A DNA stretch of 64,000 bases from a virus (taxonomy: Duplodnaviria > Caudoviricetes), in IMG/VR virus record IMGVR_UViG_2854418831_000003, positions 1 to 64,000 of that record. One strand, given 5' to 3'. Below, in pieces: positions 55,752 to 64,000 of this stretch; positions within the stretch are counted from its first letter, which is position 1, and each line of letters opens with the position of its first letter. Position numbers and translations under genes: made by a program. The notes below the pieces were generated by a model. The model was not told the origin of the DNA, did not search any database, and was given only the letters and a program-made list of their open reading frames with translations.

Positions 55752-57235
55752 TAACTGCTCATGCCGCCCGCTACTGCCTCGGCCGGCGGTCCTGTCTGCG
55801 ATGGCTTGTCCATCAAATACAACACGGCCTGCACAAGGGCGTCAACCGTGTCTTTGTATACCCCTTTCGGGAACATCAATAAATCTTTTTGCAGGTCTGC
55901 GACCCATGACGCCGTGTTTGGATCCGGGAAAAATACGTTCCCAGCCTCGAAGTACGGCGTAACCGATATTGCTCTCTCTTCCTTACTGCCGCGCGGGTTA
56001 TATGGCACCATTCCAGGGATTTCCTTGTCCAGCACGTCCATGACCGCCGGTCCGTTCGCCTTATCCTCCACAACCTTTGCCCTGGCCTTTGGCCATTTCG
56101 CTGTCATGTCCCGGATAGCTTTTACCGACTGGGTAAAGCTCATTTTGTCATTTACCAGGTCAAAAACGTATATGTTCGGGCCACTTCTGCCGACCACATA
56201 ACCGGCAACCTTGGCGCTACCGTCGCTGTTCTTAAATGCAAGGTCCCAGCTCTGTATGATCATGTTACAGTGCGGGGCTGTTGTGTAATAGTGCTGCAAC
56301 CAGGCCTTTTTGAAGACGTTACCGTCTGCCGGTGCCGGCCGCTGCTGCATCTGTCCGGAATACTGTAAAGAGCCCATGCTCTTTTTCAGTCCGGCCAGAG
56401 ATTCCTTGTCGTATCGCTGGGGGTTCAGGATGTCCCCCTCTTCCCTTATGAGCTGCTTGCCGCTTTTCGGGAATGTTATTATTGTCTTTTTCTCTGCCTC
56501 AGCCGGTAAACACAAATGTTCATAGCCCAGGTTTTCTGCCAGCACATAGCCGGTCAGGTCCATTTCATGTAATCGCTGCATAACGATAATGATCGCGCCG
56601 TTCTTTGGGTCGTTCAGTCGTGTCTGCAGTGTATTCTTAAAAAAATCTATAGTGTTTTGCCGCTCAGTCTCACTGTTGGCCTGCGCTGGGTTCTGCGGGT
56701 CGTCAACTATAATTATGTCGCCGCCCTCGCCAGTCAGTGCACCACCGACAGATGTCGAAAACATCATACCTTGGTGGGTGTTCTTAAATTCGTTCTGCCG
56801 GTTTACGTCGTCTTTCAATTTTACAATGTCGCCCCAGTTCTCAGTGTACCAGGGAGACTGTATAATATCACGGCTCAGTACGTTGTGCTTACGGCTCAGG
56901 GAATCACTGTACGAAACCTTAATAAATCTTTTCTCAGGTGCCTGGGTCCAGGCCCAGCAGGGGAAGCACACCGTTACATTTATGCTTTTCATGTGTCGGG
57001 GCGGGATATTTATCACAAGCCGCTTTATTTCCCCGTCCCTAACAGCGTGCAGGTACTCACATATCAGATCAATGTGCCAGTTCGGTATATACGTGGTACC
57101 CGGCTCAATAATCGGCCAGGACTGCTGTATAAACTCCGATAGGGACCGCTCTGCCCGTTCCCTGCGAATCCCTTTTAACAGGGTTCCTGGGTCAAACTGG
57201 CTGCTATTTATGTAGCTTTCCCAGTATTTGCTCAA
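55736..57235 (-). CDS. terL: Terminase large subunit
   Basis: INIPPRHMKS, GGALTGEG, IIVDDP, IVMQRLHE, YSGQMQQRP, SWD, VEDKANG, DTVDA. Confidence 0.93.
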   Translation of the reverse strand: MSKYWESYINSSQFDPGTLLKGIRRERAERSLSEFIQQSWPIIEPGTTYIPNWHIDLICEYLHAVRDGEIKRLVINIPPRHMKSINVTVCFPCWAWTQAPEKRFIKVSYSDSLSRKHNVLSRDIIQSPWYTENWGDIVKLKDDVNRQNEFKNTHQGMMFSTSVGGALTGEGGDIIIVDDPQNPAQANSETERQNTIDFFKNTLQTRLNDPKNGAIIIVMQRLHEMDLTGYVLAENLGYEHLCLPAEAEKKTIITFPKSGKQLIREEGDILNPQRYDKESLAGLKKSMGSLQYSGQMQQRPAPADGNVFKKAWLQHYYTTAPHCNMIIQSWDLAFKNSDGSAKVAGYVVGRSGPNIYVFDLVNDKMSFTQSVKAIRDMTAKWPKARAKVVEDKANGPAVMDVLDKEIPGMVPYNPRGSKEERAISVTPYFEAGNVFFPDPNTASWVADLQKDLLMFPKGVYKDTVDALVQAVLYLMDKPSQTGPPAEAVAGGMSSYWRGK

Positions 57236-57782
57236 GGTTTTCCAGCTCCTCGTCTGATAGGTCGGACATGTCCGGAATGCTGCCGCTCAGTTCCAGGCCG
57301 CCGCTGTGCTCAACGGTTGCCTTTGCGCTCACGGCTATGCTCTCCGCACTGTCGCCGCGGCTCATTCTTTCTATCTTCACGCCGACGTCTGCCAGTCGGG
57401 CAATGTCCTGTGCAGACAATTCATTATCCGGGAGGGCTATCAGGCCACGGGTGGCTTTATTCAAAAGCTGTACGCCCAGTTTTGCGTGTAGATCGTGCAT
57501 TTTCTTGATTTCCTGCTCATTCTTGAAGCGTTCCAGCTCGGTCATGTAAACATCATAGGCCGCTGCACGTTCTACCCAGTTCCACTGCGTACTCAGCTTT
57601 TCAATGCTGCTTTTGCTTTTCATTCCCATAGCATCTGCCAGGCGTCGAATGCTTCTTTTCTCCGGTTCCCGTCCCTGGGTTCCGTATGGCATATCTCTGT
57701 ACTGGCAAAACTTTTGGTAATGCTGCGACTTCTCGCCCTCCTGCTGCTCCCATAGTTCAGGCGCGTCTCTCTTTGCTGCCAT
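57204..57782 (-). CDS. terS: Terminase small subunit
   Basis: WEQQEGEK..F..YRDM..WNWVERAAAYD; directly upstream of TerL. Confidence 0.75.
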   Translation of the reverse strand: MAAKRDAPELWEQQEGEKSQHYQKFCQYRDMPYGTQGREPEKRSIRRLADAMGMKSKSSIEKLSTQWNWVERAAAYDVYMTELERFKNEQEIKKMHDLHAKLGVQLLNKATRGLIALPDNELSAQDIARLADVGVKIERMSRGDSAESIAVSAKATVEHSGGLELSGSIPDMSDLSDEELENLEQILGKLHK

Positions 57783-57810
57783 GTGCTGCTCCCTCCTTTC
57801 TCCAAAACAT

Positions 57811-57839
57811 AAAAAGAACGGCCATGGTGGCCGCCCTCT
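57811..57839 (-). terminator. Intrinsic terminator
   Basis: AGAGGGCGGCC-ACCAT-GGCCGTTCTTTTT. Confidence 0.5.
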
Positions 57840-57845
57840 CAGGTG

Positions 57846-59492
57846 TTACTCTTTGCCAGGGACATTGATGTCCTCAGCAGCTTCCGGCGTTTCTTCCGGA
57901 TCCGGCATATTTGCCTTTATATTTTCATCATTCAGCTGCACGTATGCGTATTCTTTGCCGTCCCTGGTGCATGTAACACCAGCATTGCCGGTATAGCTTA
58001 CATACCGCCGAATAATTCCATCACAATAGGTTGGGCTTAACTCTACCAGCCTGGCCTGTCTCTCGGTCATTTCTGCGCCGATCAGCGTGAAGCCAGAACC
58101 GCCGAACAGGTCCAGGATAATGTCTCCCGGATCCGAGCTGTTCAGTATCGCCCTTGTGGCCAGCTCCACCGGTTTCTGTGTCGGGTGGAACGTCGCCGTA
58201 TCTCTTGCCACTTCCCAAACGGCTCCCTGCTTATCTTCCGGGTATAAGAAAACGCTTTTATCTTCCTGCAGTCTCAGGTACCGGATTTTCTTTCCCTTTG
58301 GTACCTTGTCAGAAATAAAAGCCTTGCCTCCTGCTCCGTCAGTTACAACAATGCCACCGCTCAGGGTGGTTGCCATGCCTGCATCATCCCGGAGGGTTAT
58401 CTTCCAGCAAGTGTTGTTGCTGCGATCTCCGCACCACTTGGCCGTATGCCCTGCTTTCTCTGCATAAAACATAGGCTCAAAGTCTCTCAGGTAATCGGTA
58501 CCGCTTAGGTTGTGGTTGTTCTTCAACCAAATAAGATATTGCTTTTCTAACAGCCCGGCCGCCGTCATGGCGTCCTCAAAGTCCCTGCGGGTGTCTGTTG
58601 CATGGTAAATGTAAAATGCAGCGTCTGGCTTGCTGTACTTCACGGCGTTCTTAAATGCCGGAATCAGTAACTTGCCGAGGAGGTCGTCGTCGGTCAGCTC
58701 GTCGTTGGCGATCATGCCGTTGTTTTCGATCTGCTGTTTCTGTCTCTTCCCGTTTCCTCCACCGCCATCCAGGCTTATGCCATACGGTGGATCAGTGTTC
58801 ACACACTGCGCCAGTTCATCCCCCAGCAGCTTCTGCAGGGTTTCTGGCTTAGTGCTGTCTCCACAAATCAGGCGGTGCTGTCCCAGGTGCCAAATATCTC
58901 CGGCGTGGGTCATAGGAATGTTTTTCGGTGGCGGTACGGTGTCCTCTCCGTTGTTCTCCGTATCGTCCACGCCTCCCAGGGCGTTGAGCAGATCTTCCAG
59001 GTCCTCCTCTGTGTAACCGCTCATTTCCAGCGGTATCTCTCCGGTGTCCATCTGCTGCAGCATGTCTGCCAGTGCCGAGGTGTTCATTTCGCTCAGCTCT
59101 GCCAGGCGGTTGTCTGCCATCAGATCAGCGTACTCCTCTGCCTCCGAGGCATATTCCTGGTATTCAACAGGCACAACACTGGCCTGCATGGACTGTGCAG
59201 CTTCCAGGCGTCCGTGACCGGTCACAACAAAGCCGCTGCGTTTGCTCACTGTAATAGGTTTCCTCCATCCCTGCCCCTTGATAATGGCAGCCAGCAGTGC
59301 GACCTGCTTAGGTGGATGGGTGTTTGGGTTTCCAGGGTTCGGAACCACTTTGCCAATAGGTACCAGCTCGTCAAAAGCACAAAAGACCTTTACACCCTCC
59401 GGCGTAACGGCCCTTGCTTCCGCTTCGGTCTGGTAGTTGGCCACGTTGTTGAAATAGTTCTCAACCTCGTCTTTTTTCTTCTTTCTTGCCAT
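57846..59492 (-). CDS. ParB-like domain + N6/N4 DNA methyltransferase
   Basis: PNPGNPNTH..GWRKPI..VVTGHGR..ADNRLAE; TDPPY; HPTQKPVEL; LDLFGGSG. Confidence 0.9.
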   Translation of the reverse strand: MARKKKKDEVENYFNNVANYQTEAEARAVTPEGVKVFCAFDELVPIGKVVPNPGNPNTHPPKQVALLAAIIKGQGWRKPITVSKRSGFVVTGHGRLEAAQSMQASVVPVEYQEYASEAEEYADLMADNRLAELSEMNTSALADMLQQMDTGEIPLEMSGYTEEDLEDLLNALGGVDDTENNGEDTVPPPKNIPMTHAGDIWHLGQHRLICGDSTKPETLQKLLGDELAQCVNTDPPYGISLDGGGGNGKRQKQQIENNGMIANDELTDDDLLGKLLIPAFKNAVKYSKPDAAFYIYHATDTRRDFEDAMTAAGLLEKQYLIWLKNNHNLSGTDYLRDFEPMFYAEKAGHTAKWCGDRSNNTCWKITLRDDAGMATTLSGGIVVTDGAGGKAFISDKVPKGKKIRYLRLQEDKSVFLYPEDKQGAVWEVARDTATFHPTQKPVELATRAILNSSDPGDIILDLFGGSGFTLIGAEMTERQARLVELSPTYCDGIIRRYVSYTGNAGVTCTRDGKEYAYVQLNDENIKANMPDPEETPEAAEDINVPGKE

Positions 59493-59570
59493 TTCTCCAA
59501 TTCCTCCACTCTATCATTTTAACATCTATGTAGTGCATTGAAAATGTCTACTTTTTGCACCGTGCAGGCA

Positions 59571-60215
59571 CTATGCAAGTCTTATGCCATCAATGCCGAA
59601 AATCAGGGCAGACAGCGGCTTTACGGCCTTTCCCAGGTCGCTGTAATAGGTGCGCTTTTCTACACAATTTTCGCGTGCAATTTCTTCTGCACTCTTCTTT
59701 TCCGGTGCGATATATGCAGCGTGCAAAATCCGGTACCGGCGCATTTCCTCTGCCTTGCCGCTCTGTTCGCATGATATCCGGTACAGATTCAGCATTTCGT
59801 CAATGTGCGTCAGTATGATCAATGTGCGCTGCTGGCTCTGCTTAATGCTGCCAATATAATAATTATCCTCGTATTCAAAGCTGTCCAGGCCGTCCAGAAT
59901 GTCCAGGGCGCTCTCTTTTGCCTTGCGGCCATTAAATACTGCACCGCTCACATGCTCTTTCAGGTTCCGGTAATTTGCCAGCAACAGGCGTGTGTTGTGC
60001 AGTCTCCGACTATATCTTCCCTTTGTCTGCTCCTTTTTGCCCTCTTCCAGGCGTCTCTCCGCCGCTGCCGTTCCTGCTTCTACGCCTATGCGGATAGCTT
60101 CATCAATAGCCCGCTGGCTCAGCACCTCGTACACCCCTGCCAGTGCGCCAGGCTCTCTGCTGGTTCCTCTTACCTCTTCTTTCTCTTCCACGCTCTGCTC
60201 CATTACTCTCTCCAT
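59571..60215 (-). CDS. Putative late transcription regulator (C-terminal HTH)
   Basis: NTRLLLANYRNL..RRYRILHAAY..SAEEIARENCVEKRTYYSD; position before the packaging module. Confidence 0.55.
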   Translation of the reverse strand: MERVMEQSVEEKEEVRGTSREPGALAGVYEVLSQRAIDEAIRIGVEAGTAAAERRLEEGKKEQTKGRYSRRLHNTRLLLANYRNLKEHVSGAVFNGRKAKESALDILDGLDSFEYEDNYYIGSIKQSQQRTLIILTHIDEMLNLYRISCEQSGKAEEMRRYRILHAAYIAPEKKSAEEIARENCVEKRTYYSDLGKAVKPLSALIFGIDGIRLA

Positions 60216-60484
60216 TCTGGATCAGCCTCCTCTCCTAACCATTCATCAATACGTTTTTCCTGCGCCTCCCTCAATAAAGGGCTTAAATACATTGTCGTTT
60301 TCCAACACATCCGTTTCAGTGCTTTTCTCAGCTGCTCGCGGTCTGCCAGTTTCAACATATCCTCATTTGTCTTGACCTTTTTCAGTTTTTCCTCATACAT
60401 GGTATTGGCTGCGCACAACGCCCATGTGATCAGGCTCCCGGCTCCCAGCAATGCGCCGGCCACAAATGCCGCTATAATTTCCAT
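60203..60484 (-). CDS. Hypothetical phage protein with N-terminal TM segment
   Basis: IIAAFVAGALLGAGSLITWALC. Confidence 0.5.
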   Translation of the reverse strand: MEIIAAFVAGALLGAGSLITWALCAANTMYEEKLKKVKTNEDMLKLADREQLRKALKRMCWKTTMYLSPLLREAQEKRIDEWLGEEADPEWRE

Positions 60485-60526
60485 GTCGGCCTCCTCTCCG
60501 ATATGTTCCCGACATAAATGTCGGGA

Positions 60527-60829
60527 TCAATCTATGTCCCAGTTTCTGTTGTCCCATATCTTTATGCCGTGTACCATTCTCCGGACGGTATAGCACACGC
60601 CCCAGCATTTCAATTTCTTAAAATACGCCTTTTCTCTCCATGTCAGCGGCCAGATTCTTCCTTTCAGCAGCGTAACCTCAACGGTACCACGATTGTTATC
60701 AACCATAACCCGCGCCCGTTTAAATCCCAGTGCCTCAAAGAAATCCGTCATATACATGGCTTCCATAGCGCAATCCATTTTTCCCATAATTCTCATGCTC
60801 TCCTGCCTGTCCGGGCGGCGTGTTTCCAC
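60527..60829 (-). CDS. Hypothetical phage protein
   Basis: ORF in early operon. Confidence 0.45.
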   Translation of the reverse strand: METRRPDRQESMRIMGKMDCAMEAMYMTDFFEALGFKRARVMVDNNRGTVEVTLLKGRIWPLTWREKAYFKKLKCWGVCYTVRRMVHGIKIWDNRNWDID

Positions 60830-60861
60830 GCTCGCCCATAATATTTATTGACTTATCCACA

Positions 60862-61689
60862 CTATCCCAAATTCTTAGGGGGATAACTAAATGGGAAATC
60901 CTGCACCAGTTCCCCGGTAAAATAAGGGGCCAGGTTATTTTTCAAAAATACCTTGCTACCGTGTGCCTGGGAAAATTCAAGGATATGCTGCACCCATTCT
61001 GCCTGTGGTATCGTTTTATTTTTCTGCTGGCCAGTCTCAGCTCCGACAATGATCCAGGGCGGCGCATAAGTTCCTTTTGTTTCACTGCGTATAACCCACG
61101 ATGCGTCAAAAGTAAAATCCTCCTGTATAGGCTCAATGCTTAAAAACCAGTTATACGTGCCAGGCTCAAACCAGGCATACTGCTGATCTGGTCTTGTTAC
61201 TGTCGTGCCATACCAGAAATTTCCCTGCTGTGGCAGCTTTCCTGCTTCTGCCAGCTGTATGTATCTCTGTGGGTTCTTTGTCAGAAACAAATACGTGTGC
61301 CACGGCGCGGCTTGCGCCGCCCCGAAAACTCTCCGGATCCATTCATCCGGTACCCACTCCCCGAATAGGTCGCCCATGCTTACCACAAATATAACCGCCG
61401 GTTTCTTTTTCTGTGCCGGCATAGGCAGGCAATACTCCCGAAACATAGGTTCGAACTTTACCGGGAACGGCGTCACTTTCCCGATCTCGTTTTTAAAAGG
61501 CTTTTCCAGCACCCAGCGGGTTCCTCTTTCGTCCCACTCTTTTCTCAGCTGCTCAGATGTTTTGTTGATCAGCACATTACCAGAAAATCTGTTCGCCTGC
61601 TTAGCTGCGTAACAATACAGGCAGCCATGCTGACATCCTGTCACGGGATTCCATGTGAAATCACACCATTCAATCAGGCTTTTGTTCAT
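60862..61689 (-). CDS. DUF5131 (Gp37Gp68) radical-SAM-like protein
   Basis: IEWCDFTWNPVTGCQHGCLYCYA, VSMGDLF, LFLTKNP, WIIVGAETG. Confidence 0.85.
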   Translation of the reverse strand: MNKSLIEWCDFTWNPVTGCQHGCLYCYAAKQANRFSGNVLINKTSEQLRKEWDERGTRWVLEKPFKNEIGKVTPFPVKFEPMFREYCLPMPAQKKKPAVIFVVSMGDLFGEWVPDEWIRRVFGAAQAAPWHTYLFLTKNPQRYIQLAEAGKLPQQGNFWYGTTVTRPDQQYAWFEPGTYNWFLSIEPIQEDFTFDASWVIRSETKGTYAPPWIIVGAETGQQKNKTIPQAEWVQHILEFSQAHGSKVFLKNNLAPYFTGELVQDFPFSYPPKNLG

Positions 61690-62101
61690 CACGCGTGTTT
61701 CCCTCCTCTCTATCTGCAAACATAAATGTTATTTCCGCTCTTTTGCTTTCATAAAGTGGACGGATTGTAATGTTGTACGCGCACCGCGAATTGTCTCTTG
61801 TAAACTCAAATGTTTCCGCCAGCGTATTCCCGAAATAAATGCCATACTCCGTGCACTCGTCCAATTTTAAAATAAAAGGCAGATACTGGACCACTTCTTC
61901 TGCATGTTTAAATACGTTTTTATTTATGCGAATGTTTCCACGGTAATCTTTATAGATGTACCGGTACAGCTGTGGGAATCCATTTTGCAAACCCTCTTGC
62001 ACAAAATTCTCAAAGTTTTCCATTGTATTGCAAATTGTTCCCCTTGCTATATATTCAATAGTCTTTTTCAGGTCAATCCAGCCGCTTTCATAAATTTTCA
62101 T
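61670..62101 (-). CDS. Hypothetical phage protein
   Basis: ORF in early operon. Confidence 0.5.
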   Translation of the reverse strand: MKIYESGWIDLKKTIEYIARGTICNTMENFENFVQEGLQNGFPQLYRYIYKDYRGNIRINKNVFKHAEEVVQYLPFILKLDECTEYGIYFGNTLAETFEFTRDNSRCAYNITIRPLYESKRAEITFMFADREEGNTRDEQKPD

Positions 62102-62114
62102 TATCTTGCCCTCC

Positions 62115-62300
62115 TCACTTGCATTTTACCTTTTCCAGGATCCGCTGCCTCAGTGATTCATTGCTTTCAAACAGTCGTGGCTTTACCCCAAAAATGTACG
62201 CATGTTTTTTTAAGATTCTTCTCTGCAGGCGCCAGGCTGTCCACTTGCTGGGTTTCTTAAAGATTATTATCTCTTTTTCATCCATTGTCTTGCCCTCCAT
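62115..62300 (-). CDS. Hypothetical phage protein
   Basis: Short basic ORF. Confidence 0.45.
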   Translation of the reverse strand: MEGKTMDEKEIIIFKKPSKWTAWRLQRRILKKHAYIFGVKPRLFESNESLRQRILEKVKCK

Positions 62301-62601
62301 ATCCCAGGTTTCCGGCTATCTTGTCCACGTCGTCGCGGGCTTTCTGGCTTTTCTCATAGTCCTCAAATCTTTCCAGGTCCATTTCCTGCCGCTCCGGATT
62401 GAAAGTTATATGTAAAAATGTTTTGCAACCCAGGCAGGCACCGTGGCCGGTATTGATTCCCATCTCCATTGCCAGGCTTTTGCAGATCCAGTTTTCTTTC
62501 CCACACACCGGGCAAATTCCTTTATATCTCTGTCTTGTGTCCTTTGGTTCATGGCTTTCTGTGTCTTGTGCCATGCGATCAATAATTTCTCCCATACTCA
62601 A
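62278..62601 (-). CDS. Zn-ribbon hypothetical protein
   Basis: CPVCG...CLGCK. Confidence 0.55.
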   Translation of the reverse strand: MSMGEIIDRMAQDTESHEPKDTRQRYKGICPVCGKENWICKSLAMEMGINTGHGACLGCKTFLHITFNPERQEMDLERFEDYEKSQKARDDVDKIAGNLGYGGQDNG

Positions 62602-62677
62602 CTGCTGCTCCTTTCCCAGGCAGCTTGCGCTGCCTGTGTCTTATTGTGTGATATATTTTGGATTTTAGAATAGCACC

Positions 62678-62902
62678 CTACTTGTATTCTTTGCCGGTTC
62701 CTTTGTCTCTCAATGTAATCCGGCCCACAACCTCAAAACCAGCAAGCTCAGCTGTCTGTTTCATTACCGGGATGAGATTGCTTATCATTGCCAGGCGTTC
62801 CGCTTCTTTCTGTTTTTCCTCCCGGCGTATATTTCCCCAGGCCCCTCCGAATGTTGGATCTGGATAACCTTCCCCGTTTTTATTTACTCTATCTGTACCC
62901 AC
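62678..62902 (-). CDS. Conserved hypothetical phage protein
   Basis: NKNGEGYPDPT..AGFEVVGRITLRDKGTGKEY. Confidence 0.6.
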   Translation of the reverse strand: MGTDRVNKNGEGYPDPTFGGAWGNIRREEKQKEAERLAMISNLIPVMKQTAELAGFEVVGRITLRDKGTGKEYK

Positions 62903-63128
62903 GTTTCTCCGCCTCCTCTGCTATCGGACAACCTGTGCAGGTTCCCCTTTCCGCTACAAAAATACAATTTTCATCTGTCAGCGCACAAATTGGCTGCTTT
63001 TCCTCGGTTTCTTCCTTCTCTTTCTTTTTCTCCCGGTGTGCGTCCATGGTAATGATCACAATTACCCATGCAATGCTCAACACGGTCAACGCTCCGATTC
63101 CGGCCAAAATATTGATAATTATCTGCAT
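62889..63128 (-). CDS. Hypothetical membrane/Cys-motif protein
   Basis: TM segment plus C..C..C..CP. Confidence 0.5.
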   Translation of the reverse strand: MQIIINILAGIGALTVLSIAWVIVIITMDAHREKKKEKEETEEKQPICALTDENCIFVAERGTCTGCPIAEEAEKRGYR

Positions 63129-63487
63129 TACTCTTTTACCTCCGCCAGGTTTATCTTTGTTTCTTCCACCAGCTTGTCCCGGAGGCTCTTAATCGTGTGC
63201 TTGCCGTCCTCAAATTCTTTCAACAGGTCCATGCAGCCATCATAATAATTTTCCAGCCGCTGCTTTCCCCAGCCTTTCTGCTCATGCAGGTATGTCATGC
63301 CGAACAGGAGAAGCATGTCCAGAGCAGTCTCCGCTCGCTGCTTTTCCTTGCCTTTCTCAATCTCCTGCACTCTCCGGACGGCTTCGTTGGCCGCTTTCTG
63401 TTTCAGTTCATAAATACGATCCGGCGTCATGCGGATACTTTCTTTTCTCTCTTGTCGTTCCTTGGCTCTGCGTTCTTTTCTTCCCAT
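63128..63487 (-). CDS. Hypothetical phage protein
   Basis: MGRKERRA..LHEQKGWGKQRL. Confidence 0.55.
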   Translation of the reverse strand: MGRKERRAKERQERKESIRMTPDRIYELKQKAANEAVRRVQEIEKGKEKQRAETALDMLLLFGMTYLHEQKGWGKQRLENYYDGCMDLLKEFEDGKHTIKSLRDKLVEETKINLAEVKE

Positions 63488-63496
63488 AGCTGCCTC

Positions 63497-63760
63497 CTAC
63501 TCTACCAGGTGGCTTACATCCTCAATATTCAGGATGTTTGCGTCGTGCAATACCAGGCTGTTGCCAATTTTCTCCGGAGTGCCGTAATACTCAACAATTT
63601 CTTTGCGGCTCCGATCATAGACCAGCACGTTTTTTGGTAATCTGCTCAGCTCCTCTACCTGCTTTTGCAGGCTCAGGCACATCAGGCCTGCGCTGACCAG
63701 TGCAACGCTGATCACAATCGTCCAGACTGCTTTTAATATTCCCGCTGCCTTTTTTCTCAT
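63497..63760 (-). CDS. Hypothetical membrane protein
   Basis: N-terminal TM segment. Confidence 0.5.
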   Translation of the reverse strand: MRKKAAGILKAVWTIVISVALVSAGLMCLSLQKQVEELSRLPKNVLVYDRSRKEIVEYYGTPEKIGNSLVLHDANILNIEDVSHLVE

Positions 63761-63778
63761 GCTTGCTGCTCCTTTCTG

Positions 63779-63994
63779 TTAGAGCCAGGCTTCCACAATT
63801 TGCAGGCTGTCCTGTTCTATCCGATTTACGATCCGCATCCGCTCCGGCTTTGCTTCTCTTATGTCCTCTAATGTGTCCGCCAGGGCTATCAGGTGAGTAC
63901 TTTTTCGGCCATCAAACAGGCGTGCCACAAAAAGACCCGGATAGTCTTTCGGATCTTCATACACGACTATCATAGGCGCCCCCTGTGGCATCAC
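63779..63994 (-). CDS. Hypothetical phage protein (start may lie outside window)
   Basis: VYEDPKDYPGLFVARLF. Confidence 0.5.
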   Translation of the reverse strand: MMPQGAPMIVVYEDPKDYPGLFVARLFDGRKSTHLIALADTLEDIREAKPERMRIVNRIEQDSLQIVEAWL

Positions 63995-64000
63995 TGCCCG

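Larger units (their letters stand above)
20582..64000 (-). mobile_element. Temperate myovirus-type prophage (continues right of window)
   Basis: Terminase, portal, MuF, capsid, sheath, tube, tape measure, baseplate, DGR and lysis genes in canonical order. Confidence 0.95.

Noticed and set aside
28449-64000. A second DGR variable repeat elsewhere in the prophage
   Set aside because: I found no other copy of the TR core (GCCGTTGCCATAGTTGCCACC or CCAGCCGAT) by eye; a mismatch-tolerant search is needed to exclude it fully.
1-64000. tRNA, rRNA or housekeeping genes
   Set aside because: None recognised; the whole window is consistent with mobile DNA.

Overview
The window appears to contain no chromosomal backbone. 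It is a chain of three mobile elements from a Clostridiales/Lachnospiraceae-like genome, nearly all genes on the minus strand. (A) 1-11452: right part of an ICE with virD4 (interrupted at the window edge, probably by a group II intron), pcfB, antirepressor, ssb, repA with internal iterons, parAB, a tyrosine integrase and three xis paralogues. (B) 11445-20589: an integrative mobilizable element with integrase, xis, XRE repressor, AAA ATPase, MobV and TnpV, carrying an ABC-F ribosome-protection gene and a RelE/Phd toxin-antitoxin pair. (C) about 20582 to beyond 64000: a contractile-tailed prophage. The elements abut at a shared TCAAACTC core that resembles the guaA 3' end. The prophage has a complete DGR: the 119-bp TR/VR pair differs at 12 positions, all TR adenines. 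It also has a MuF head protein fused to kinase-like and ADP-ribosyltransferase-like domains, and an acr-aca-like accessory operon containing an ADP-ribosylglycohydrolase. The most unusual signal is in the tape measure gene. It is split by an exact 32-bp duplication flanking a 33-bp insert that is a perfect reverse-complement copy of ICE positions 2341-2373. This repeat-spacer-repeat geometry is what off-target Cas1-Cas2 spacer integration would leave. All protein calls come from motif recognition by eye; no database search was run.
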